Source: Selaginella moellendorffii
Taxonomy: Eukaryota > Plantae > Lycopodiophyta
Length of the DNA stretch: 64,000 bases
Direction: 5' to 3'
Assembly (NCBI RefSeq): GCF_000143415.4
Contig: NW_003314284.1
Span: forward strand, 1,931,715 to 1,995,714
The position numbers and the translations under genes are program-made. Below the pieces are notes generated by a model, which searched no databases, was not told where the DNA came from, and worked only from the letters and a program-made list of their open reading frames with translations. This document shows, in pieces, positions 38,101 to 51,070 of the stretch. Every line of letters begins with the position of its first letter. The first letter of the stretch is position 1.

Positions 38101-41100
38101 CATAGGGAAGTGGATATACCCTTACAGGGGATAAGTTGCTTATGTTGCGATATAATAAGTCAATGTCATAAAAGGAAATACTCATTGTCAAGGAAGCCGT
38201 CATTGGGACACTCGAACACTTTAGAACACCAGGAGGTGGTGTTTGATGTCGCGAGGGCAGTAGATAAGGCCCAAGGGACTAAGTCCCTAGCGAATGATGG
38301 ATAGTAGGTGCTATCCAAATGTCCAAAGTGGCAGAGACAGAAGAAGACTGTCTACTCGAATTGGACAAAGCCAAAAATGGAATTTTGGCAAGGCTAGCAA
38401 TGGGCATGCAAAAGCCCGTAAGCAACAACGTAATCCTGGTGTGTGGGATTATAGGGTGAGCATACCTGGATTGAGGAACCACTCCTTAGGCTATCGGGTA
38501 GGTTCATCCCTAAGAATACTTGCTAAGGCATGATAGAAAGTGCAAAGCTATCCTCTTGGTCTGGAGGAGAATGACCGAAGGAAATGTGTGAAGCCAAAAG
38601 CAAGAAGTAAAGGGATAGAACCGAACCATAGGAATCGAAGGGTATAACCAAGGTTGGTTATGCCAGCTGGGAGTGGAGAATCAAGTGGGGGCTCGAGGGT
38701 GTTGCCGCTAGCAACCGTGATACCATGGAGAGTCTAAAATATGGAATTGTCCATGTTAGACTATATGGTAATTGGAAAGCTTGCAAAAAGGGAGGCCTTA
38801 GCAAGCTAAGGGACAGAGTTCTTTTAAGGTTCCCAAAAAGGATTCTAGGTAGCTTAGTACCTAGAAAGGCCAAGCATGAATGGTTCAAGGAATGCGCGAA
38901 ATCAGAGTGGCGTAGCAGAAGCGTGGTCTTGAAGCTTGCCATGAGGCAAAGCTATCAAGGTTAGGGAAGTAGTTCCCGAGTGTTCAAAGAGAGGGCTTTG
39001 AACGAAAGTCGATGATCAAGGGCTTTCACGCTTGTGCAGGAACCATGTTATAGTGGTCGGAAGACTTGCCAAAGCGAGATTGGCAAGTCAGGGGAACAAA
39101 TACCCTAGTTGAAGGTGATAAATTCAAAAAGGGTGGGCTATGGGGCCAAGCATGGAGGAGTCCATGCATGATCACAGGCTTGTTAAGTGAGAGGACTTGG
39201 CAGTGGGGAGGAACTAGGTTCCTAAGCTGTGATCTATAGCGCGCTTTGAGTATAAGTTGGTGCACTGGCGTGGGGAGTCACGCCAGGCATCTTGGGTGAT
39301 GCCGTCCATAGATGCATATACGGAGGTTGGGTTCGAGTCCCGACCCTCTAGTGCTTGGGTTCGAGTCCCAAATCACTAGGGCGTGGTGATGGTTTGGAAT
39401 ATGAGGACACTCATATTTCGGTGGTCATGGACTCTCAGTGGGGAGATTGGTTTGGGCACACCGCCAAGCGAGGGATGCCTCAGAGTCGTGATGCACGGTT
39501 AGATTGTTTAGTGTGATAGTTCAGCATATCTAACTTGAACGCTTTGGTGCAAGTGGCACCAAGGACGTGGTGAGTGAGATGGGGACACCTAATCTCAGTT
39601 GCTATGAACCCTTGGCCGTAAGGGCTGGCTTGGGTGCACCGCCAAGTGTGGGGGATGCCCTCGGGGTTATGGTCAACAACTTGAAGGTCTAGAAGACCAA
39701 ATACCTCTTGGCAACTCTGGTAAAGTGCCAAGATGAGATCACTAGGTGATCTTATGGCCAAATAAAGACAAGGTCCTTGGTTGGCTAAGGAAGGAAGTTC
39801 CTGGTTCAAAATGTTGATTTGAACTATTTAAAATGGTGTGGCTTGGTCAAAGTGATCAAGTGGGAAGAGCACCTAAGGGAAATAAGTTGTGTCCGTGCGA
39901 TGGCATAGTGAGTCCGAGGAAAGTAGTCTCTATAAGAGACCCATGAGAGGGTCACGAAGTTGGGCCGTGGATAGAGCCCATAGCAAAAGATGCTAAAGAG
40001 ATGTACTAGGAGTGAACATCCTCTGGACTTGGCAATTGCTATGGAACCGAAGAGATACCTCAAAAATGGAGGTAGCGATCCTATGTTGCTGGGTGCAACA
40101 ATCAAGGATAGGAGCAAAGGACTAGTGGCCAAGTTTGGGCCATAGAATTTAATGGAAGGGATCCAAATGGCAAAGTTAGCTAAGGAACACTAATGTGTTT
40201 GATGCTAACGGCTTGTGGGAAAGGAAGTGGACTTCCAAGGATGGATTCTTAAGTGCTCCAATTGGCGAAGTAAAAGCTCCAAGTAAAGGAGCGGTAAAAT
40301 AGCCAAATGATAGGGCCGTGGACAGCTCTAGCACAAATTATAATAACCGGAACTTAGTGCCAAAGGTGGCACAAAATCGAAGAGAGGATGATGTTGCCCT
40401 TGAGTAGAGGACTTCCTAAGAGGGGGAAGTGGAGTTGCACAATATGTGCAATGCAAGGTGTCGGAGACACCCAGGAAATTGACTTCAACAAGTCAGAATT
40501 AAAAGTTCCAAAATGCAAGGGTTATATCGATGGAAAGTGAGACCACTCGAGAATGAGTAGTGGGATTGAGTTAGAGAAGGTGTTTCTAACAGGTTTAGTG
40601 AAAACTAAACCAATAAAGGGAGAGAACCACCACAAGTGGTCGAATGAGCCTCTAAGTTAGAGGGGCTATGCTCCTTAGAGGATGGACAAGGCATGCTGAG
40701 CCTTTGGTGTCAAACCATAGACAAATATTGGCTAGGTGACAAGGATGGAAATGGTAACACGTGCGAATGTCACTTTATGAAAGGGTTTACCGTTCGATGA
40801 GGACATCGAACTTCATCTATGGGTGGTGGAGTTGTGAGACACAAAATCCCTAGGCCTCAAAGTGGAGCCGGAAAGGGTGCCACGTGGTAGTGGCCGAAGC
40901 AAAAGCCAAAGGAGCATAACACGTTTGGACTAAAAGCTCCGACTTGGAAGGTCGAGAGCGGGAGTGGAACTCCCAACAAAGGGCTCGAGGAGCAAGTACG
41001 AGGCAACCAATAAGCAAGGCTCCAAAAAGGGACCCAAAAAGGACCAACACATGACACGTGGAAGTGTCCGAGATAGAGTTCGAGATGGACCCGAAGTGGA

Positions 41101-42589
41101 GTCCGAGATGGCGTCCGAGAAGGACCCCGAGATGGAGTCCGAGATGGACCCGAGATGGAGTCCGAGATGGAGTCCGAGATGGACCCGAGATGGAGTCCGA
41201 GATGGAGTCCAAGATGGACCCGAGATGGACCCGAGATGGAGTTTGAGATGGAGTTCGAGATGGACTCAAGATGGACCCGAGATGGACCTGAGATGGAGTC
41301 TGAGAAGGACCCGAGATGGAGTCTGAGGTGGAGTCTGAGATGGAGTCCGAGATGAACCCGAGATGGACCCGAGATGGAGTCCGAGATGGACCCGAGATGG
41401 AGTCCGAAGTCGAGACCGGGACCAAGACCAAGACCAGGACCGAGACCGAGACCGAGATTGGGACCGAGACCGAGACCGAGGCCGAGGCCGAGGCCGAGTC
41501 CGAGTCCGAGTCCGAATCCGAGTCCGAGTCCGAGTTCGAGTCCGAGTTTGAGGCCGAGTCCGAGTTCGAGCCTGAGAGGGTGAAAGCCCAAAGCGTTCGT
41601 CTCCCAGACCCTGAAGGGTTTGGTGAGCTCCAAAAGTATAGTAGGGGGAGGACTGCAGTGGAGCCAGTTTGGCCAGGAAAGGTCAGTTTGGCCAGGAAAG
41701 GCCAGTTTGGCCCAGGAAGGCCGGACCCAGTGTTGGGTGATGAGCTGCCCACTGGGAAGTCCAAGACTAGAGTGAACACGGACCGACAAGCGGGGTAGCT
41801 TGTTGAAGTGTTCAAGAGCTGGCTCTAGTTCCCCCGGGAGATCGACTGGCCGATGCTCCCAGTCCAAGTGTGGGTGGCACTACCTACTTGGATACCTGGT
41901 GTGGCTCAACGGAACCTCGCTCTAAGCCCATGGCTAGAGCACCTAAAGGTGAAAGGCAGGGAGAGTACCCATGAGGCCTGCGTAGGGCCACGGTGTTCCG
42001 AAATGTTGTCCCAAAAGCCCAGACTGTGGAGAGGAGGAGGAGTAGTCCTCCGGTGTAGTGACCAAGGATACAGTCGAGTGGTGAGGAAGTCCCAGAGGAC
42101 TGTGGGACTTAGTGGTCGGGCCTGTGGGCCTCGATCCAGTGGCAGTGTTGGCAAACACGGCCATGGGCAAAAAGGGACTTGGTGAAGACCGGAAAAGGGA
42201 TATTAGGGAAGGCTATTCCCCATGTCTGTGGGCATCCTAAAGATGCTAAGGAGTGGATCTAGAATGATCACTTATGGACGGATGGCCCAGCCCTTGAGAG
42301 ATGGGGCTGTGATGCAGGTGGTGTTAGACTAGCGGTGTGACCAAGGTAAAGGGGCATGGCCTTAGCGTAATGGGCTGATATGTCGGTGGTACCTTGGGGT
42401 GTCGGTCAGGGGATTGGACACGTGGAGCACTTGGATCAAGTGCAAAGGTTGAGTGGCGGGGATGCCATTTTCGGGGCTAGCAAGCCCAAGTCTAAAATAG
42501 GACTTATGGAGGTTGTGAGTGAGACTCCTCCAAGTGGTTGGAGGTGTGGTTAAGTGACTAAAGTAGAATGGAAAATTTAGTCGCTTACA
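35158..42589 (+). mobile_element. Full-length non-autonomous LTR retrotransposon (LARD-like)
   Basis: LTRs 35158-36782 and 40833-42589 (TG...CA), PBS TGGTATTGGAGC ~36786, PPT GGGTGGTGGAGT ~40821, TSD TAAAC on both sides; ~4 kb internal region without a long ORF. Confidence 0.92.
35349..35785 (+). repeat. LTR-internal satellite: 12-bp GAGATGGA(G/C)(T/C)CC arrays plus 6-bp GAGACC/GAGTCC arrays
   Basis: Seen directly; recurs at ~41068-41575, 46760-46885, 49982-50110 and 51275-51510 with variable copy number. Confidence 0.9.
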
Positions 42590-42811
42590 TAAACAAGCCA
42601 TTCAACCAAACCATCTATCTGTGGATGATAAACACTCGTGAAAGTTTAATATATCCTTAGCCAAAACATTAAAATGTGAAATGTTTCAATCATGAATGTA
42701 AGATCATTATCCAAAAGAATCCATTCCAAATAAGAATGTTGGATGAGAAAGTACCCAACAACAATCACAAACACATTAGCAAAAGCATCAATTTTCATTT
42801 AACGAGCCAAG

Positions 42812-43542
42812 TGTAAGCAACTAAAGGGAACAATTTAAAAAACGATCCATAAAGGGAAAGGGCCCATAAATAAAAGTTCACTTTTTTTTCCAATTGGTTA
42901 AAGGTTTTGAAATATTTAGGATTAAGCATCCTTGGGTTTGAATAGTACTGTGTTGGAAAGTGTAAATTCAAGAGCTTACATTTGGTATCAGAAAAGTCTT
43001 GAGTCTAGCTTTGTTGATTGGCTAAAGAAATTACACCACAATTCTATTAATTGGCTAAAGGAATGGCAAGTTTAATTTGCTTTGACTTGGCTTGACTTGA
43101 GGGGTAGTGTGTCAAGAAAGTTATAGCCCTCAACTTGGCTAGGGGAATGGCAAGTCCAATTTGCTTTGACTAGGTTTGATTTAGGGGGTAGGGTGTTAAG
43201 AAAGTGAGAGTCTCATGAGAGTTGTGGCTTTTAACTTAGCTAGGGGAATGGTAAGTTAAATTTGCTCTAGTTGGGCTCGACCCAAGGGGTAGGATGTCAA
43301 GAGAGCTATGGCTCTCAGCTTCTATTCATGAGGGCGTGAATTTACATGAAAGCATGATAGATTATAAACAACTAAAAAGGACAACTCATGAATTTAAATA
43401 TAAAGGGAAAAGGCCCATGAACAAGAGTGCACCCCTTTTCCAATTAGTTAAAGGTTTTAGAATATTTAGGGTTAAGTGTTTTTATGTTTGAATAGTACTG
43501 TGTTGGGTGACCTCTTGGGAATTCCAAATTCATGAGCTTACA
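42812..43542 (+). mobile_element. Cassandra-like TRIM with 5S rRNA-derived sequence in its LTRs
   Basis: LTRs 42812-42980 and 43363-43542, PBS TGGTATCAGA at ~42983, TSD CCAAG/CTAAG. The LTR carries GTTAAG...TAGTACT.TGTTGGGTGACCTCTTGGGAATTCC, resembling the 5S internal promoter. Confidence 0.75.
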
Positions 43543-44289
43543 CTAAGAAGTCTGAAGTAATAATGATATATTCATTACTAACAGTCAACTGTGGAAAAAG
43601 CCCATTATATCAAATGCCACCCACTCAAATGGATAGGAAACATGTCCTATCACTAGCTAATAAAAAAATATATACAACTTTTCAATCACATGTTAATATC
43701 CTATATTTCTATCTAGAATAAGAGAACTATAATAAGCATGGAAAAAACATGGAATAAATATAAAAGGCACCACTAACCGTAAATGATCATTAAAATCACT
43801 CCCCACAAAATAAAAATGTCATCCTCAAAGCAATATTCAGAATGTAAATTACTCTACATTTAAGGAATAAGTTGAGTAGGCTAAAGTAGATAAGAACCAA
43901 TTGAGAGTATGTGAATACATTTATAGCCAAAAGGATTCTTATCATAGATATAGGTGCTATAGATGTGTTCTATACCTTAAAATCAAACTTGCAAACCTAG
44001 GCTCGAGGCGAGGTGATACGTTGAAATTTGACCAATTACAAGGAAGCATTGGATGTAACTATTAAGGTGCATTTTAATAATAACTTGTGAAAAGGGAACA
44101 CAATGAGGTCGAGGTCCATGTTTAACAAAGGAGCCAAACCATGACAAAAAAAATTTTAGGAAAAGTTTCTTTAAGAATGAGCCTTCATGGTTCCAAAAAG
44201 TTAGACCCAATGGCTAATGAGCAAATACATGGGGGAGTTAGTTAAAAAAGAACAAATCCATTGATAAGAAGACTAAGTCCATTAGTAGT

Positions 44290-44547
44290 GTGGGAAATAA
44301 CACATGTTACAACTACAGTGAAGTGGAACACTTCTCGAGAGAATGTCTTTACCCGAAAAAGGCCAGAGTCAATATAACTATTATGTCAGGTGAAGTCAAA
44401 ATTGAAGCACATAATCTAGTCTTTAGTGCAAAGTTACTCATCACAAGAGCAACTTTGACAGAAAGTCATTTGCAATATTTATTACTCCTCCCAAGGAAGC
44501 TCAAAGGTAACTTTATTAAAATCCTTATTAACACAGGTGATCTTTAG
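44290..44547 (+). mobile_element. Degenerate Ty3/gypsy gag zinc-knuckle and protease remnant
   Basis: CYNYSEVEHFSREC (decayed CCHC) and KILINTG (decayed LIDTG). Confidence 0.55.
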
Positions 44548-44649
44548 TTACAAGTTTACCTCCATTCCTTCATTTAGTGGCCCAAAGTCCTAAAATTTGG
44601 ATTCCGCTCTATTGTCCTTAGACATGTGGCATATTGCTATCGGGGGGTG

Positions 44650-45727
44650 GTTATATATATATAGTAGGGATTATAGGTAAGTAAGTATAAGTGATTAATA
44701 TTTCCATTCTACTTTAGTCACTCAACCACACCTTCGACCATTTAAATAAATCTCACTCACCACATCCATAAATTCTATTCCAGACTTGGGGATTTACTAG
44801 CCCCGTAAATGGCATCTATGCCACTTAGCATTTGCACTTGGTCCAAGTGCTCCACATGTCTAATCCCATAATCGACACTCAAAGGTACTATTAACATATC
44901 AGCCTGTTATGTTAAAGCTATACTCATTCACCTTTATCACACTGGTGGTTTAACACCACTTGCATCATAGAAAAGGAGTACTCCTCTTGTGTGGTAACCA
45001 AAGATACGGTCATATGGCAAGGAAGTCTCAAAGGTCAATAGGATGTAAGTTGGGCCTTCGAACCTTAACTTAGTGGCAATGTTAGCAAACACGGGTGTGG
45101 ACAAAAAAGGATTTAATGAGGACTGAAAAAGAGACATTGGGGAAAGTTGTTCCCTATATCTACCCATCTCTCAAAGACTAGGCCATCTATCCATAAGTGA
45201 TCATCCTAGATCCACTCTTTAACATCCTTAAGATGCCTCCCCACCTTCCGCCCTTAAATGCCCTAACCATGTGGCTAAAGTAAGGTTCTAATAAACCACA
45301 CCAGTATCCAAGTAGATAATGCCATCTTGGGAGCATCAACCATTCAATCTCTTGTGGGAGTTGGGATTCTATATATATATTAGGGATAATGGGTAAGTAG
45401 GTATAAGTGATTAATTTTTCCATTCTACTTTAGTCACTCAACCACACCTCCGACTATTTGAAGGAGTCTCACTCACCACCTCCATAAATTCTATTCCAGA
45501 CTTGGGAATTTACTAACCCCGTAAATAGCATTTATGCCACTTAGCATTTGCACTTGGTCCAAGTGCTCCACATGTCTAATCCCATAATCGACACTCAAAG
45601 GTACTATTAATATATCAGCCCGTTATGTTAAAGTTATGTTCATTCACCTTTATCACACTGATGGTTTAACATCACCTACATCATAGTCCCATCTCTCAAA
45701 GACTGGGCCATCCATCTATGAGTGATC
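44650..45727 (-). mobile_element. Older, tandemly duplicated and partly inverted LTR remnants of the same large-LTR family (host continues 50346-51065 and 52547-52584)
   Basis: TATAAGTGATTAAT(A/T)TTTCCATTCTACTTTAGTCAC occurs at ~44685 and ~45402; 44975-45160 is the reverse complement of ~50385-50570. Confidence 0.7.
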
Positions 45728-48700
45728 TGTAAGAGACTAAATTTTTCCATTCTACTTTAGTCACTTAACCGCACCTCCGACCACTTAGAGGAGTCTCATT
45801 CACAACCTTCATAAGTCCCATTCAGGACTTGGGGCTTGCTAACCCCAAGAATGGCATCCATGCCACTCAACTTTTGCACTTGGTCCAAGTGCTCCACGTG
45901 TCCAGTCCCATAATCAACACCCCAAGGTACCACCGACATATTAGCCCGTTACGCTAAGGCCATGCCCCTTTACCTTGGTCACACCGGTGGTCTAACACCA
46001 CCTGCATCACAGTCCCATCTCTCAAGGACTGGGCCATCCGTCCATGAGTGATCATTCTAGATCCACTCCTTAGCATCCTTAGGATGCCCACAGACATGGG
46101 GAATAACCTTCCCCAATATCCCTTTTCCGGTCTTCACCAAGTCCCTTTCTGCCCATGGCCATGTTCGCCAACATTGCCATTAGAGGCCCACAAGCCCGAC
46201 CACTAAGTCCCATGGTCCTCTGGGACTTCCTCACCACTCGACTGTATCTTTGGTCACTACACTAGAGGACTACTCCTCTTCCTTTCCATAGTCTGGGCCT
46301 TTGGGACAACATTTCGGAACACCGTAGCCCTACATGGGCCTCATAGGTACTCTCCCCGCCTTCCGCCTTTGGGTGCTCTAGCCATGGGCTTAGAGCGAGG
46401 TTCCGTTGAGCCACACCAAGTATCCAAGTAGGTAGTGCCACCCACACTTGGACTGGGAGCATCGGTCAGTCGATCTCCCGGGGGAACTAGAGCCGGCTTT
46501 TGAACACTTCACCAAACTACCCTGCTTGTCGGTCCGTATTCACTCTAGTCTTGGACTTCCCAGTGGTCAGTTCTTCACCCAACACTGGGTATGGCTTTCC
46601 TGGGCCAAACTGGCCTTTCCTGGCCAAATTGGCTCCACTGGGCTCCAACCCCCACACTCTCCCTACTATACTTTTGGAAACCCTCGCAGCCCCCCCCCCC
46701 CCCCCCCTGGGGGGATGATCGCTTTGGGCTTTCTCCCAACTGCCTGTATTAGTATTCGAACTCGGACTCGGATTCTGTCTCGGTCCCGGTTTCAGACTTG
46801 GACTCGATCTCGATCTCGGTCTCGGTCTCGGTCTCGATTCCATCTCGGACTCCATCTCGGACTCCATCTCAGACCCCATCTCGGACACTTCCACGTGTCA
46901 TATGTTGGTCCTTTTTGGGTCCCTTTTTAGAGCCTTGCTTTGGTTGCCTCGTGCTCACTCTTCGAGCACTTTGTTGGGAGTTCCACTCCCACTCTCGACC
47001 TTCCAAGTCGGAGCTTTTAGTCCAAACGTGTTATGCTCGTTTGGCTTTCACTTCAGCCACTACCATGTGGCGCCCTTTCCGGCCCCACTTTGGGGCCTAG
47101 GGATTTTGTGTCTCACAACCCACCACCTATATACGAAGTTCGATGTCCTTATCGAACGGTAAACCCTTTTATAAAGTAACATCCACATGTATTACTGTTT
47201 CCATCCTTGGCCCCCGACCAATATTTGTCTATGGTTTAACACCGAAGGCTCACCATGCCTTGTCCATCCCCTAAGGAGCATAGTCTCTCCAACATAGAGA
47301 CTCATTCGACCACTTGGGGTGGTTTGCTCCCTTTTATTGGTTTAGTTCTCATTAAACCCGTTAGAGACTCCCTCTTTAATTCAATTCCACTACTCATTCT
47401 TGAGTAATCTCAGATTCCATTGACATAACCTTGCACTTTGGAACTTTTAATTTTGACTTCTCAGAGTCAATTTCCTAGGTGTCTCCGACACCTTACGTTG
47501 CACATGGTGCAACTCCACTTCCCGTCCTAGGGAGTTCTTTATTTGAGGGCACCATCATGCTCTCTTCGATATCGTGCCACTCTTGGCACTAAGTTCCAGC
47601 TATCGTAATTCGTGCTAGGGTTGTCCATGGCCCTATCATTTGGCTACTTTACGACTCCATCCCTTGGAGCTTCCCCCTTCGCCAAATCGGAGCAATTGGG
47701 AACCTATCCTTGGAAACACATTGCTTTCCAATAATCTGTTAGCATCCAAGACATTAGTGTTCTTGGACTAACTTTGCCATTTGGCTTTTATCCCATGATT
47801 CCTATGGCCCTTTTCTTAGCCACTAATCTTTTGCTCCTATCCTTGATTATTGCACCATGCAACATAGGATCGTCACCTCCATTCTCGAGGTATTCTTTCA
47901 ATTCCATAGCAAAGACTTTGCTTTGCCAAGTCTAGAGGGTGTTCACCCCTAGTACGTCTCCTTAGCATTTTCTGCTATGGGCTCTATTATGGCCCAATTT
48001 TGAGACCCTCCGATGGATCTCTTATAGAGACTGCTTTCCTCGGACTTATTATGCCATCGCATTGACAGCTCATTTCCCTTAGGTGTTCCTCCCACTTAGT
48101 CACCTTGACCAAGCCACACCATCATCAATAATTCCAATCAACACTTTGAACTTGGAACTTTATCCCTTAACCTCACAAGGACCTTGTCTTTGTTTTAGCC
48201 ATAAGATCACCTAGTGATCTAACCTTAGCACCTTAACAGGTTTGCCAATACATATTAGGTCTTCCAGACCTTTAAGTTGTTCACCATGACCCTAGGGGCA
48301 TCCCCCACACTTGGCAGTGCACCCAAGCCAGCCCTTTCAGCCAAGGGTCCATAGCAACTGAGACTAAGTGTCCCCATCTCATTCACCACGACCTTGGTGC
48401 CACTTGCACTAAAGTGTTCAAGTTAGATATGCTAAGCTTTCACACTAAGCAATTCAACCATGCATCACGACTCTGAGGCATCCCTCGCTTGGCGGTGTGC
48501 CCAAACCAGTCTCCCCACTGAGAGCCCATGACCACCGAAATATGAGTGTCCTCATATTCCAAACCATCACCACGCCCTAGTGAGTTGGGACTCGAACCCA
48601 AGCACTAGAGGGTCGGGACTCGAACCCAACCTCCGTATATGCATCTACGAACGGCATCACATAGGATGCCTGGTGTGACTCCCCACGCCGATGCACCAAC

Positions 48701-50340
48701 TTATACTTAAAGCGCGCTATAGATCATCGCTTAGGAACCTAGTTCCTCCGCACTGCCAAGTTTTCTCACTTGACCAGTCTGTGATCATGCATGGACTCCT
48801 CCATGCTTGGCCCCATGGGCCACCCTTTTGAAGTTGGCTCCTTCAACTAGGGTATTCGTTCCCCTGACTTGCCAATCTCACTTAGCAAGTCATCCGACCA
48901 CTGTAACATGGTTCATGCATAAATGTGAAAGTCCTTAACTATTAACTTTCGTTCAAAGCCCTCTCTTTAAACACTCGGGAACTACTTTCCTAATCTTAAT
49001 AGCCTCGCCTCTTGGCAAGCTTCAAGACCACGCTTCTGCTGCGCCACTCTAATTTCGCGTGCTCTATAAACCATTTACACGTGGATGTCTAAGTATTTAT
49101 CTACCTAGGGGAACGTTCAAGGAACTCTGTTCCTTAGCTTGCTAAGGTCTCTCCATTTGCAAGCTTTCCAATTACCATATAGCTTAACATGGACAATCCC
49201 ATGCTTTAGACTCTCCATGGCATTCCGGTTGCTAGTAACAACATGCTTGAGCACCCATTTGATTCTCCACTCCCAACTTCCATAACCACCCTTGGTCATG
49301 CCTGTCAATTTCTATGGTTCGGTTCTATCCTTTTACTACTTGCCTTTTTGGCCCCATACATTTCCTTCGGTTATTCTCCTCCAGACTAGGAAGATAGCTT
49401 TGCGCTTTCTACCATGCCTTGGCAAGTATTCATAGGGATGAACCTACCCGACAGCTTAGGGAGTGGTTCCTCAATCCAGGTTTGCTCACCTCGTAATCCC
49501 ACACACTGGGATTACCATTGCTACTTATGGGCTTTCATATGCCCATCACTAGCCTTGCCAAAATCCCCTTTTTGGCTTTGTCCAATTTGGGTAAATAGAC
49601 TTCTCTCGTCTCCGCAACCTTGGACATTTGGATAGCACCCCTTATTCATCATTCACTAGGGACTTTGTCCCTTGGGCATTATCCATTGCCCTCATGCCAC
49701 CAAACACCACCTTCTGGTGTTCTAGAGTGTTTGGGTGTCCCAATGATGGTCTCTTTGACAATGAGCATTCCCCTTTTCGACATTGACTTACTATATCGCA
49801 ACATAAGCAATTTATCCCCCATAAGGGTATATCTAAATTCCTTATCCCAATAAGAAGTCTTAGGTAGTTGCCTTTTACCAGTTTAACGACTTATTTTGCA
49901 CCTTTTGCTTAGTTGCCTCATAGTTGTCAAGTCTTACAACTCATTGCTGGTGCTTTCACACCTCCATCATTATCTAGGTCACCATCTCGGGTCCATCTCG
50001 GACTCCATCTCAGGTCCATCTCGGACTCTATCTCGGACTCCATCTCGGACTCCATCTCGGGTCCATCTCAGACCCCATCTCAGACCCCATCTCAGACCCC
50101 ATCTCGGACACTTCCACGTGTCATGTGTTAGTCCTTTTTGGGTCCCTTTTTAGAGCCTTGCTTTGGTTGCCTCGAGCTCGCTCCTCAAGCACTTTGTTGG
50201 GAGTTCCACTCCTGCTCTCGACCTTCCAAGTCGGAGCTTTTAGTCCAAATGTGTTATGCTCGTTTGGCTTTCGCTTCGGCCACTACCATGTGGTGCCCTT
50301 TCCGGCTCCACTTTGGGGCCTAGGGATTTTGTGTCACACA
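45728..50340 (-). mobile_element. Second LARD-like element of the same family, internally deleted, nested in an older LTR
   Basis: 3' LTR 45728-47117, PPT at ~47118, internal region homologous to 37970-40830, truncated 5' LTR 49982-50340 (PBS deleted), TSD TGATC. Confidence 0.88.
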
Positions 50341-51070
50341 TGATCATCCTAGATCCACTCCTTAACATCTTTAGGATGCCTATAGATATGGGGAATAGCT
50401 TTCCCCAATGTCTCTTTTTCAGTCCTCATTAAATCCTTTTTTGTCCACACCCGTGTTTGCTAATATTGCCACTAAGTTAAGGTTCGAAGGCCCAATTATT
50501 ACATCCTTTTGACCTTTGATACTTCCTTGCCATATGACTGTATCTTTGGTCACCACACAAGATGACTACTCCTCTTCCTTTCCTCAGTTTGGGACTTTGG
50601 GATAACATTTTGAAACACTACAACCCTACACAAGCCTTGTGGGTACTCTCCCCACCTTCCGCCCTTGAATGCCCTAGCCATATGGCTAAAGCAATGTTCC
50701 AATAAGCCATGCCAGTATCCAAGTAGGTAGTGCCACCTTAGGAACATCAACCATTCGATCTCTTGTGGAAGCTAAAGTCAACTTTTGAACATTTCACCAA
50801 GCCACCCCACTTGTATGTCCATATTCACTCTAACTTTGAACTCTTTAGTGGTTATATCATCACCCAATACATAGGTATAGCCTTCATGAGTTACACTAGC
50901 CTTTCCTAGCCAAATTAGTTCCACTAGAGTCCAACCTCACACTCTCCTTATTATACTTTTGGAACCCCCTGTAGCCCCCATCTCCCCTTTGGAGGATGAT
51001 TGCTTTGGGCCTTCACCTCGCAACCTATATTAGTATTCGGACTTGGATTCGGACTTGGATTCGGACTCGA

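Noticed and set aside
43465-43525. 5S rRNA gene
   Set aside because: Only a decayed partial internal-promoter segment inside a TRIM LTR.
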